A stretch of 64,000 bases of DNA. It comes from Euprymna scolopes. Taxonomy: Eukaryota. The stretch's first letter is position 1. Each line of letters begins with the position of its first letter. Position numbers and translations under genes: made by a program. Positions 51,311 through 64,000 of the stretch are shown one piece after another. The notes under the pieces are model-generated. The model did no database searches and had not been told where the DNA came from. It was given only the letters and a program-made list of their open reading frames with translations. The stretch lies in assembly GCA_053919585.1 (NCBI GenBank), contig CM132785.1. One strand, 5' to 3'.

Positions 51311-53112
51311 TTTTCTTATTGAATAAAATGTGAATTTAGGCACAAATTCAGGATAGTTAATACTCAAGAACACATAAAGGTCAAAATAAGAAACGTATAA
51401 TTAAATTCTCTAGACGTTGGATGCTTTCTGTAGAATTTTAGCCGAACCAAACCAAAAATATAGTTTGGTTCAGAATTTTATTTCGATGTTAGTGTGTCTC
51501 ATCAACAAAGGAAAAACAAAATTTCATTGAGATGATGGTTTAACATAATGTTTGAAATAAAATTAAAAATAAGTAGTTATACTTCTAAGTATAAGTCAGA
51601 GTGGCACATCAAAAAATTATAAAAAAATGAAATTCTTGTGAAACTACACTTACACACATACATGTAGTAACGTTAGTCTTTAAGGAGTCTGTTTCCATCT
51701 GAACTTAGGATTAGAATGTTCGTGCATTTTTGTTGGCGAAATAAATCTGCAAATGGCGGTTTAAGGCTGATCAATTTGAATTAGATATATAAAATATCAG
51801 AAATTCTTTTAAATCGTAGGAAGCGACGTTCGCCATTTTCTACAATAATTTCCCTATTCTCTATCTGTACCAAAAACTAAATGAAAATTCCATGAGCAAG
51901 GTTTCTTTTCTATAATTGCATGTCCGCAGAGCTGCTTCCTAGCTGAATATAACATGGTCACTTTCAAATCCAATATGAATAAATGTTTGTTGATCCGCCC
52001 TTTTAAATATTAAAATTCTACCAATTTCCACAATCATCACGGCTTCGTTTCACAGGCCATCCTTTATAAGTTGTGACAGACTTGAAAAAACAAGGGGAGC
52101 TTTTTCGTTCATATCTCTGGCAAGTCCAGGATCTCCATTAACATTTTTAAGGTCTAACCTATGCAAGTACTAAAATAAGCAGAGTTTTGATAAACTGAGC
52201 AAAGACATCCTCAGTCTTTTTTCTTTTTGCAGCAATAGAAAATGACTACCTTATTTTATGCAAGTCTCTACCAAGTGTTTTTTATTACTTGTAAAATAAT
52301 TTTATTTTAAAGCGAACGAAAACTTGCTAGCTCTTTCATATCGTGAGTTTATTGTTAAAATGTTGGTGCTTCTGTAGTATGTAAACGAACTAAACCCAAG
52401 AGTTAGGGCTTTAAAATAAAATTGGCTTAAATTTTATTGAAGTACCAGTCATCTTTATGGAACTCATTCTAGACAAGACAAGAAGCCACTTGACGTAAGG
52501 AGCTAAAACAAAAATGCAAATTCAAGATCAAAATTTCTCCAATACACGTTAGGTTTCTACCCAGAAAAATAGCAATTCTCACGTTTCAAAAACATTGCCC
52601 ATGGAATGTGAGGACTAAAAGGCGAAATAAGAGAAGCGAAAATTACCGGGCTGTCAAAAACAAACTAAAGGTCCACTTTCTACTTTGCTAAAACGTCAAG
52701 TATGACTATTTTTGTGTGCTATTAAACTAAAGAAATAAAGTAATTTTCTTACATGTCACTGGGGTTAGGAGAAAAAATAGGTAGATTAATATCTTGCCCG
52801 CCATTATGTTGTCCTAAATATTTGGTTTGAGAATTACAAATAAACCAATAAAGAAAGGGGGATGTGGAAATTGGAATCGTCTAACTATTGAAGACGAATC
52901 CATTAGCTTATTTTCAAAATAAACGACATATTTCTTTTTTAGAGGATTGTTATATTGGGCAAAAGACAGGAAGTGCAAGTCGGATATCAGAAACTGGGAA
53001 AAGGAGGGCAGGCCGTTTTTTTTTTCCTTAATATGTTAATTGATTTTAAACATTTTAAACATTTGAACCAATTTTGAAGGAAATTGATGGCAGATAACTG
53101 TAAACCTTGACA

Positions 53113-53147
<35 letters not shown>

Positions 53148-53239
53148 ACAGTTGCTTTAATCACGCCACGTCTTGTAATCGGACGGTAAGTATATATGTA
53201 CTAATAATTTTCTGTAAGTTCTCTGTTTAAATCTATGGT

Positions 53240-55290
53240 GCTAATGCTATTTTTTAAAATCGTATTTCCAAGTTTAATTAAAGTTTATATATTTTTTATT
53301 CAATTGTAAGAATAGGTACAAAACACCGTCCCCTTCCCATGTTAAGAATGGCTTTTTAAATAACATTATTATTTCAGCACTGATCAATAAGTGCATGAGT
53401 ACCAAATTTATTACCTTTTCCCAGACTATGGTTTAAAAAAATATAACGTTTTATGGTACTTATACAGTGAAAGTATCGTGCTATTTTTAAGTGTCTTTTA
53501 CGTTTTATGGTGTTTTATTTGTTAAACCGTTAGGTGAAAGTATAGAATAGTTACAAAGCCCCTTCCTCTCCCCATGTTAAGAATCAGTTTCAAAATGTCA
53601 TTTCAGTACAGTACCTTCTCTGCTTACGTAACAGAAATGTTATAACTTGTAGTTCGTACTTATACGAACAATTTAATCAAAACTTGCGGTACCAACTCTG
53701 GGTTCTTTCAAATCTGTTAACTCCTAATCTGCTATTTTCTATTTTATGATAAAAAAAACCTGTGAAGAACGGAAATCTAGAGGATTTCAATTTAAATGAG
53801 GTCGGTTACAAATAATCACGGTGAATCGCGTCGATCTCGGAATCTACCGAAACAGTTCACGATTTAAAAGCTGCTTTTCTTAGAGGGCTAAAATATTTGG
53901 TGCGTTTATACAATACGAACTAAACAGTTGGGGAAGGGCAAACGTCCGTTTAGTTTATATTGTGTAAAAGCACTAAACATTTAAACCTTTAGTGTCGTCG
54001 GTCATTGACAGAGGACCAAATGAAGAGTTGCTTTTATAAAGTTGATTTTTAGACGTATGGTATGAACGATTATCAATTAAATCTGTTGTCGACAAGTAAT
54101 TTTTATATCAAGATTTTCCTATTTCCATGTTTTGTCAAATACTTTAAAGTGTCCGCCATTTTTTTTTTCTTGTTACATCAGACATTTGACGTGTGTTCTA
54201 AGCAATACAAAACGCCCCCTCTCTGTTAAGAATGGCAGCTAGTGAAAACAATAGGGAATACATTGGATAATGAAAGTCTTTATATCATAAGAATTACTTG
54301 CCGGCGATAAATTTAACTGCGATATCCATTCATACCAGAGCAGAATAGCTTAGAAGTCAACGTTTTAATGGTGAGTCTTAATTTGGTCCTCTAGAACATA
54401 TTGACAATTACGTTTTTTTTTTTTTTTTTTTTTACGGTTTTAAAATCGTAAACTACTTCGGCCACTTCCGGGACTGATTAAATTGTGATTACAATTCACG
54501 AGTCTAGTGCTAAAAGATGATAAACTTGTTCGCAAGATTTCTCACGAAATTTAAAGGCTTCCAGAACTGTTAAACTAAACCGATAATCAGCACATATGCA
54601 AATAATTATCTTCCTGTAGGAGGCATAAAACCAAACTAAAAACTCTTAAATAACCATAATCGACATGTATGCAAATTAAAAGGCACTCGGCTCTCATTCG
54701 ATCACCAGCAATCCATGACACGTAAGCCAGTTAACTTATTTTTCTCACGCGTACTAAAAAAAAAAAATTTTTTTTTTTTTTTTTTATTATTACTAAATTG
54801 CTTCGCCGTTCGTGCCCTTATCAATCAATGTTGGTTCAGCACATGGATATGCAAATTCTAACTTCTACCGCCATATAGTTTAAGTACGAAGAAAAATATT
54901 TGGAATTGTGGAAAAAATGTGCGCTTTTTATTTACATTAACGAGTAATTACGGTAAATGTATTCGTAGTTTTTTTTTTTATACTAAACATTAGAAATTGT
55001 AAGCAAAAGTAATTCACTTTGAACTCATGCTGAATACCTTATACGTTTACTTTTTGCTGATTATGAGAAAAAAGCTGTCACTAGAATATATATATATATA
55101 TGCTTTTTTCTTTTGTACTAGTGCACTTATTGATCCGTGCTGAAATAATGACGTTATTTAAAAAGCCATTCTTAACATGGGGATGGTGTTTTGTACCTAT
55201 TCCGTATTTAACCTTACAATTGAATAAAAAAAACATAGCCTAAACTTGGAAATATGATTTTTTTTTTTTTTTAAAGAGCGGATCAGTAAC
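53240..55290. repeat. Long imperfect inverted repeat (outer arms ~53240-53405 and ~55115-55290)
   Basis: cccatgttaagaatggctttttaaataac.t.attatttcagcac.gatcaataagtgca occurs in both orientations. Confidence 0.8.
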
Positions 55291-55762
55291 TGCATTAGCA
55301 CTTTTTTTCCTCCTAATCCTAACTCAACAGATTTGACACTAAAAAAAACTTTCAAATAGTTAAAGCACACAAATCTTCTAGTAGCTAGAAGAGGAATTTA
55401 TCTTTTATAACATTTGTTGTATATTTGTTCATCCACCTCCTTCCTTTTCTACCTTAGCAATGCCTATTTTTGTCAAGCAAATCGTTTCTATTTGTGTGCG
55501 ACCAGCCAAACGTTAAAAATGATTTTAATACGTATATACGTGTATTTTACGTTAATCACTTTCCGGTATTCTTGCTGCCTTCTCTTCAAAAAAAAATCTG
55601 TCGCTCGCTAAATTTTGAATGCTGCTTGTGTAGATCCTGATATTTTAAACGAACGCTTTTCAGATGAAAACATCATGCACTTGCGTGCTATGTCGAAATT
55701 AGTATAAATTCCAAAATTTCCGAATAATCACGCGGTAGAAAAGTGCTTGCGAGTAAAAATGA

Positions 55763-55797
<35 letters not shown>

Positions 55798-58106
55798 GAA
55801 ATTATCGAGTTTAATCGAATGTTTTAATGTGGAAGAGGTGTGCGACCAATGCAGTATGACAAACAAGGACAATTACCCTTGCCTTAAATGTTCGTTATTT
55901 TTAAACAATTTGTCAGAACGTAATTGTGAATGATTTATTAAAAATACATCTAGCATATTTTCTACAGAATCCGTTCTTGAATTTACATTAATTTCGGCAT
56001 GACATAAGTACGTAATTTCTTTTCACCTGATGTGTTTAAAAGATCACTACTCTACACAAACGCCCTTTGAATTTTATACTAAGATTTAAAGTTTATATTT
56101 CTGAAAAAGAATTCTAGGAGTATTGAATTACGTTCTAATATTGCTATGTTTCGAATGCCGATAATCATTCCATTAGTAATTTATCTCGCCGGTTTTGTTT
56201 TTGTCTTCATATCGGGTTTACCATTCAAATCTGAATTTGCCTTTCTCTTAGGGTTTTTTTTTCTTGCTACCTAAGATTGAATTTTCAGTCTCACAAGATT
56301 AGAACCGATAATTTAAACATGAAGTCTTTTTCTCTATTTTATTTTCTTGTATCTTAAATGTTGCACGTTATGTCCTCGTCTAAGCATTGCGATAAGGGCT
56401 GATAAGTAATTCGAGAAATAGCAAAACTCTGACTTTGTTCGTAAATTATGCAGCAGCACTTTGACCCAAAAGCAAATCTTTTTCAAATTTTACTATTCAT
56501 AGTCATGAGTTCTGTGCTGCACTTAGCATACTTTTAATCGAAAAACTACGCCGACAGCTTTTCATTTTTTGATAAAGCCGGAAATATACCGGGGAAATAA
56601 ATTTGCATCTATTTTTTTTTTTTTCGTTTTTGTTCTCTAATATTGCTATCTTTCGATAAGATTCGACAAGGTGTGCGTAGTTATGTCGAACAGAAAATTT
56701 TCAAAGAATATCTTGAAGCAGAAGATGAATCTCTTATGAAGCGTGTAAGCAGCTCTGGGTGCTCATTCAGTTTTAGGTCAAGTTAAAATATTACAGTTAC
56801 AGAAAAACTAGTAATAAAAAAACTACTTAATATTTACATATATTCCAGTATCTTTTTAAAGAATAAAGTTTTTTTTTAAATTTTTACTGCAACTCGACAT
56901 TCGCCGTTAAATTGACGACTTTTATATATTTTCGGTTAAGCTGAAAACGAATATCAGGTTTAAATTTGGGGGAAGCAAGTAGTTTTTGCTTTTTTAATTA
57001 AAATCTTTTTCCAGTAAAAATGCGCTAGTTGACCATCTTTAAGAAATTAGGTATGTGTTGTCGAACGTATTGTTTTGAGGGTTAAATATTTAGAAACATT
57101 ATTTAGCATGGGGAGCGGAAGGCGTTTTGTAACTATTCTGTACTTTAACTTTACAATTTAATCCCAAATTCTTAGTCTTTCGGTGGTCAATGAGCGCACT
57201 TTCAACCTTTATCCAATATATTTCTTTGTTCTCACTGGCGGCCATGTTTTCTCTAACTGAAAAGTACTAATGTGCGTGCGTGTTATAAAGCAACCCCTCC
57301 TCCCCATGTCAAAAATGGCAACCGCCACTCACATTCATTAAATAATAGATTAGAAAAAATGTTTTAATATCCAGAAAACTACTTGTACGAACCAAATTTG
57401 CTTAGAAACGTATAATAGTCATTTTAAAGTTGAGTGTCGAGTTGCCGTTAAAGTAAAAATTTACCAAAATATTTAAAAAAAAAAAATACCCATGCAAATT
57501 TGGAAATCTATTAATATGGAGAGGTGAGAGGTTGTTTACTCTTAAAATGTGAATTACGTCCCTTTGGCATTTACTTTAACAAAGGCAAAAAAAAAAAATG
57601 GCCAATGATATAATTTGATAAGAATGGTTTTCTTTTACTACAAAAAAATATCTTAATTTGCGTAATTTTTGGTGCATTGTCATTTTTTTAGCACATGTAA
57701 GTATATAGGCGTTGTGCTGTTTTTATTTATCAATTTTAAACACCGAAAAACTGGAATATGATCCGAACTCTGATAGTAGAAAGATACGAAACTGAAAGGT
57801 GAAATTTGGGCGCTAAAACTACATAATCGAAAAATGCCCTCAAATCCCCTGTCTACCTTTTCTCAATCTCTATTCAATCATCATTCAAACACGGTAGTGT
57901 TTGAATATATGGTTAAGTGACAGTTTTAGTCATATAGAACTGCTTTAAACTTCACTTCTCATTTTTCGACCAAATTTCAAACAATTACAGTTTATGAGAT
58001 CACCTCAGCAATATTGTTAAAACAAATATTCAGCAAAACAAGTTATGAATTTTCTGGTGTTCAAAATCGTAAAAATGTGTAACATTAGCCACGCTTTTTA
58101 TGACTG

Positions 58107-58120
58107 GTTTCCATGGCAAC
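58107..58120. promoter_or_regulatory. RFX X-box consensus motif (function unverified)
   Basis: GTTTCCATGGCAAC. Confidence 0.35.
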
Positions 58121-58322
58121 CACGTCGCTTCAGCGACTACTGTTACTAATTTACTGCTGTCGCTAAATGAAGTAACAAATGAAACAGAATGAAAACTGAG
58201 ATAGTTGGCATTTTTATTGAAAGCAGACGAGTGCCATACATTGTTTATTGGGGCAAAAAAAATAAGACTGAAATTAAACAAAGAACAAGTGAATTGATTG
58301 GTAGCCTGGAAAAATCATGGAT

Positions 58323-58613
58323 TACAACAGAAAAATACGAGCATGAAAAGTAATATGGAAAAATAAAGGACTAGTTAAAACTGGAAAAGAAAAAGACGAG
58401 ATATTGTAAAAAATATAAGAAATTTATAACTTAAATATTGCAGCATTAAGAATTTTTAATTCAATTAACATTTTATAATCCATTCTTGATGCTGCAATAT
58501 TGATTTTATACTTTTTACCAGAATACCTTGTCCTTTTCCAGTTTTAACTAGTCCTTTACTTTTCTGTTTAAGCTTAACCATATTACTTTTCATGCTCGCA
58601 TTTTTTTATTGTA
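58323..58613. repeat. ~290-bp imperfect palindrome
   Basis: Paired blocks cgagcatgaaaagtaatatgg, aaaggactagttaaaactggaaaag and aatattgcagcat with their reverse complements. Confidence 0.9.
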
Positions 58614-61600
58614 TTTGTATTAGATATTTTAAATTTGATGTTCATGCATGTATTACCACGCTATTCAAATTTTTCGAGTTAAATTCATTTTACGATGTTT
58701 TTTGCATATTAAAGCACAGAAGTTACAAATCACCCTCCCCGTGTTAAGAATGGCTTTCTAACTGTTATTTCAGCACGGAAACATAAATACATCAGTACCA
58801 AACTGAAAATTTTTATAGGTCACCGAAAGTGGATAACTAGTTTGAAGAAAGAATAAAAGATCGTTCATCACTAGTGCAGTTTAAAATCCAAATTTTCATT
58901 TTAGGCGAGTTCTGTCCATGCAGCCGAAGTTAACGCCCTTCTCGAATGGCCTTCTAAATTTGCGTAGACTATAGAAATGCTAATTTATTTAAAACCAACA
59001 AGAGTGGAAATCAATGAAAATTGAAAAAGAAAAGCTTTTAAATTATAATTAATGTATATGAATAAAGAAAATGTACACCTTGGAGTTGAGATGATTTTTG
59101 GAATGTGTAGGCTTTAGTGTCCTAAATCTGACTTTCAATTTAGAATCATTCTGCTATCGGAGGTCAGTGCAATGCGCAAAATTAATTAGAATAAAAAAGT
59201 GTTTGTAAATACTTGTTTTCAAAGTAAATTCGGGAGATTCCGCCTTGCGTCCTGTTTTAAATAGTTTTTATAGTACTTGTGAGGAACGGGAATCCGCATA
59301 ATTATAGTACTGAATATTAACGGAGAATTCGGTCCGTTCCGGAAATGACCGAGGCAGTTTTTGAAAGTACAAAATAGTTAACATAAGACCCCCACCTCCG
59401 CAACCCACGAGAATGTATTTCAAAATGTATTTCGGTGCTTTTCCAGAAACCCCCTCCCCTTATGAAAAACATTTTTTCTTAAATTGTATATGTATGTACC
59501 CGTGACGGACAAAAAAAAATTACGTAAATTGAACAAGTAGTTTTTGTAATCTTTTTTTTAATAAAGAAAATCATTAAGTAAATTCGATTTATTTACGGGC
59601 TTCTCATGTTAAAATGGCTTTTAAAATCTCAATTTTTAGTTATTTCCCTTGTTTCCTTCAGACTGTTTTCAAGATGACGTCGGGAGACCATCGCTCGTAG
59701 TTTAGCCATAAAATTTGATTTTCTTATTTAAAAAAACTGATCTGATTTGTAAAACATTGTTTTTAACGTGAATGTACATCCGACATTTCTTTTAACGGAG
59801 AAGTTTTGGGCAATCACTTGGATTTCTTCAAGTATCCATTCTAAACACTACCCCCCTCCTACTGCTTCTCAGGTTAACTATATTGCAGGATCAGTAACAC
59901 TTTTTAGTGAAAATTAGCCGAACCCATTGACTTCTGACTAATCAATGAGATATTGCCTGAATTTACAAGTGAGTAATAAAGTGTGATGACCTTTTTTATA
60001 GTAAGGAGAGGAGGTTGTCGCGATAACAAACAACACCTATCATTACCTATGTTTTGTTTTAATTTATCGCAAGGAACAGGAAATGCTTGCAAACGACCCT
60101 TACTTTTCTATGATTAAGAGAGTAAAAAATAGTTGACGTTTGATCAAAATTGTTTTTTAAGCGACAAGAATGCAGTATAGTTAACATCAGAGAAATAAGA
60201 TAAAACGGAAATAAACAATATTCAAAGATTCTCTTCCGTTTTAAAAATTAAAAAATCATGGCTGCCAGCGATTAAATTCATTGAACTGTCTTAAAGTGAA
60301 TTAGAAATTTAAGTGAATTAGAAATTTACATTTTAGCACAAAAATATAATTTGAGACAATGTAAACAGATTCTTGTGGAGTCGTCCTCTTAATCAATTTC
60401 TGCTTAATTTCCACATTACCGTTTATCAGTGTTTACTATAACTCTTATCGAATGGTTTCTGGGCCTTGATAATCGGTGACTATTTTGTGTAAAAGATAAA
60501 AATTCTCTAATGGCTGAAGATATTCCGTTTTAATAGCTGTTGATATTTTACCTATACTATCTGTTCATTCGTCCTGATAGCACCCTCTAAGACATTACCT
60601 CCTCCTTTGGGATGATAATTGGAGTTAGGGGCAATGTTGTGGTAAGTATTACAGAAAAGTTCCAATATTTCACTGGTCCCTATGATACAATTGAACAAAA
60701 AAAATACTCTTTCAAACATTCTCCCATGGTGTGTTCAATACGTTTTTATTGTTAGAGAAAATATGCAATCAGTTTAACTCTTTAAAATGTCAAGGCTAAA
60801 TTCAAAACATTTGTTCATACTGGCCGTATTTCTTTTTATTAAAAAGAATGTTAAAGAAACGGGGGAAATGCTGAATTGCTTGAAAATAAATGTCACCTCT
60901 TCCTACCTCTCATACATGCATAATTAATCTAGAATTATTAGCAAGTGAAATTATACAATTCCTGAGGATGGTAGGATATATAATTATGTTTCTGGACATT
61001 ACCACTGGCAATACGGCAAACAATTGATTATCATCTTGGAATTGGGAGACAGTATAGTTTACATCTTTTCTTTACCTACATATTTTTTCTTTTTGATTTT
61101 ATTTCTTCTTGGTCAGATTATTGCCTGGGGGGAAGTCTAAGCTTTAGAAGAAAAACGTTATTCTCTTTCATTTTTTCCTCCATAACTGTCACTTGTTGTT
61201 TTAAACTAAAAAGCTAACACTCCTTTGTCAGGAGATCTTTTCTTTGTTTTGTCCTCTCATACTAAAGCCTATGATTCATCAAGGCCTCCAATTTATTCGA
61301 ACGGATAAACAAATATCGGCCATCTTGACACGGCTATGTTATTAACCTTGATCCTTTCAAGGTTTCTGATGTTTTCTGAATTAACAAATTAAGCAAGCAT
61401 ACTTCATGTTGAGATTGGACATAGTTGTTAATTTCAGGAAACCCTCTAATATCGTCATTATAAACTTTTTAAAGCAAGAGTTGCACAATTCTTAACTGCA
61501 CTTCACTTAAGCAATATCAGAGTTATAGGACGAAATCAAAGATTACAGGTAATAGTACAGTAAACAGAAGCAGTTTTTTCTATACAAGCTGTTATACCAA

Positions 61601-61734
61601 GACATAAGTTTAGTTTACCCCTTTCATACATAAGGATAAAAGCTCTAGAGTTGGTAGCTAATATTCGACTTTAAATGCAAGATTCTGAATAATGAATTTC
61701 ATTGAACTCCAATTTTTTTATTAAAACCTCGGAT

Positions 61735-62050
61735 CTCTGGTTTATACCTTTCTCAAGATTATAAAAAAATATGCCCCCCTCAAAGGAATTTTAACTATAT
61801 CAAGCTCCATAGTCCACACCAGTAACCATATGCACGCTATTTCAAAGTTAACTTAGATTGTGTATAATATGAATGACTATTTTTATTTATGTAGGTAAGT
61901 ATGTAAAACACTTAAACTTAAAGGTCAAATCGCATAGTTTTTATTTTTTTTTAAAGACAGAACGATTCATACCTTTCTCAATGATGCGACCCCAAATGAA
62001 CTTGAACACTACTATCCAGCTCCGCAATTCGCACCAGTAACCATTACAGA
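61735..62050 (-). mobile_element. Two degenerate tRNA-SINE fragments
   Basis: atacctttctcaa and ctcc..a.t.c.caccagtaaccat blocks occur twice; the second has a gttcaagttc B-box-like motif on the minus strand. Confidence 0.4.
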
Positions 62051-63047
62051 AAATCATCTTCGTTTGCAAACGTTTCCTCCAACCCCCTAACAAAATACAA
62101 CCAAGCAAAGCCAAATCGTTACAAATAATGTGAATAGAAAATCAATAGTAATGATTATAAAGTGTGGCCTTCATCTGGTTTACTTGAGACTGATCTGAGG
62201 AATTTTGCCAACGCATTTTACCATTGTTTTTGTTTTATTTTTAATGCCACTTTGGTATTTTTCTATTGATTATAGCATTCACTATAATTGTGATATTGAA
62301 AAATAAAAACAAAGGAAAAATGAAAGCAAGCATTTGCTCATATCAATAATCATAATAATGTGAAGTTGATGGGAATTTTGAACAGACAATGGATTTAGAT
62401 TTAATAGCCTTACATGGGTAGGACTTTTGTTTTTCAGAGTTCAACTTTTAGTGTGTGTGTATGTATATATATGTTCAAAGTTACCTTGATCATTCACACT
62501 ACACAATCTATTTCTGTAAGTATATAAAACACTAAAAAAAATGGTCAAATCGTGCAGCTTTTTATACTTCATAGATTAGTGAGTTAAAAGAAAAATATCA
62601 ATGGGTGAAAAAATGTAAAAGCTTATTGAAAAGCATACATGCAGATACAATATTCTGTTTTGCAGGAATAAAGCTCTTTTTTCTTTTTTTTCTTTTTTTT
62701 TCTTTTATAGGTTTAGAAAAGCAAAAAGCATTTCCTTATTTATTACATATACTATGCAAGTTAGGTAGATACGACAGGCCCATCTTCTCCAATCCCTAAC
62801 ATTTTGTTTTTAGATTATGAACGAAACAATTAAATTATAAACTTTAAAACGACTACATTTTTTTAGGGAGGTTTCAGGTTTGGTATTTATGCAAGTTAGT
62901 AAAGTAGATGGTTCTTTCAGAATTTTGAGATTTTTGGATATTCAGACTAGTGTTCTCTTCATGGTGCAACGGATATAAGTGCTGAGTATAATCAGTTTTA
63001 TGTGACAGTCTTCTGGAGGTTGAAGATTCTATCCTCGGTGCGAGCAA

Positions 63048-63359
63048 TACTACGAAGTAGTCCAGCAGGTTCGAGTCAGTGGAGAAAAGGGGCCAGTGAG
63101 AGAAGGGTACAAAGTCGTAGCACTCCTTCTGAAGCCAAGCCTGGGTCTCTTTGGACTTGTGGGTCGGCGCTGAGTCCTGTTGCCACACCCAGGTTCTGCC
63201 AGCGGCCACCTGATTGTACCAGAAGATCACCACACTCTTTATACATCCAGGTATACTTCAGGGTTTACTTTATAGCCAATTTCAAAGATGTGAGGTGGCA
63301 TTATGTGGCCCTCACTTGAAATCATGCCAAAGCCCATAACTGTGACCGGAAACTTCGTT
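63048..63359 (-). mobile_element. Tc1/mariner (maT-like) transposase catalytic-domain remnant
   Basis: TKFPVTVMGFGMISSEGHIMPPHIFEIGYKVNPEVYLDV*..WVWQQDSAPTHKSKETQAWL..FVPFSHWPLFSTDSNLLDYFV, with QQD.AP.H and SPDLNP.DY-like motifs; stop and frameshift present. Confidence 0.9.
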
Positions 63360-63944
63360 GAACTGTGCCTTCAAATGTTGAATAGTTCAGATTTGCATTT
63401 TGACAAAGGTCCTGTTGTCACAAATTGGATTGGTAGAGAGCATGAGTTGTACAGCAGTGCATCTCTGATTTCGTTTGTTGAACATTGTGTCACTTTCAGA
63501 CATGATAAAAAAAAACTCTCTCTTGGGATTTGTACACAACTCGCCAACTAGTAGATGGTCTGCAACAAAAAAGAAAACCAGTTTTTGTTAAACGGAATTT
63601 GAATGTCTTTTCGAGGGCAACAATTTTATCATTCCACCCTGTAGTGATATAATTAAGAGTATAACCCAATCATGTCTAAACGGGAACAAGAATAAATTAA
63701 GGATTCCTTTTGAAATTCCGTACAGATATTCAAGTGTGACCAGACACATTTGAAGAAGGTTGCAGTTTACATCGGCCTAAATGTGAGAATTGTGAAGTAA
63801 ATTCTGAAACCTGTATAGCCAATGAAAAGTGCTTAGATCGGCATGGAATGTTGAATTGAACTATCTATTTAATCCACAGGGGCACCTTGCTCTTATTCTG
63901 TTAGCCATAGTCATAAAACCCAATGGTGTCATGAATATTAATAG

Positions 63945-63975
63945 TATTAGGTTGGTGCAAAAATGTCGTTTTTTA
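63945..63975 (+). mobile_element. Mariner-type terminal inverted repeat at window edge
   Basis: TA|TTAGGTTGGTGCAAAA. Confidence 0.5.
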
Positions 63976-64000
63976 TGTTCAACTTGGTCAAAAACGATAT

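Noticed and set aside
1-64000. Conserved miRNA, rRNA or snRNA genes
   Set aside because: None recognised by eye; an Rfam/MirGeneDB search is needed to exclude them.

Overview
AT-rich eukaryotic (animal) genomic DNA with three assembly gaps. It reads as intronic or intergenic sequence. The repeat types resemble those of a coleoid cephalopod such as Octopus, but this is an inference from recalled repeat families, not a database result. No intact gene can be supported, and most of the ORF track is microsatellite or low-complexity artefact. The window is a mosaic of decayed mobile elements: a CR1/L2-group LINE 3' end, several Tc1/mariner remnants, hAT remnants, at least two families of non-autonomous Helitrons, tRNA-derived SINE fragments, palindromic fold-back elements, a 23-bp minisatellite and many microsatellites. 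The most notable signal is roughly a dozen minimal hammerhead-ribozyme (HHR) motifs of the Penelope-like element (PLE) type. These include one apparently intact HHR just upstream of a PLE-like ATG, and two copies of a ~270-330 bp element joining a tRNA-Arg-like Pol III head to two tandem hammerhead units and a PLE-type tail, each copy with an inverted tail duplication at its 5' side. This is a candidate PLE-mobilised, ribozyme-bearing SINE/retrozyme.
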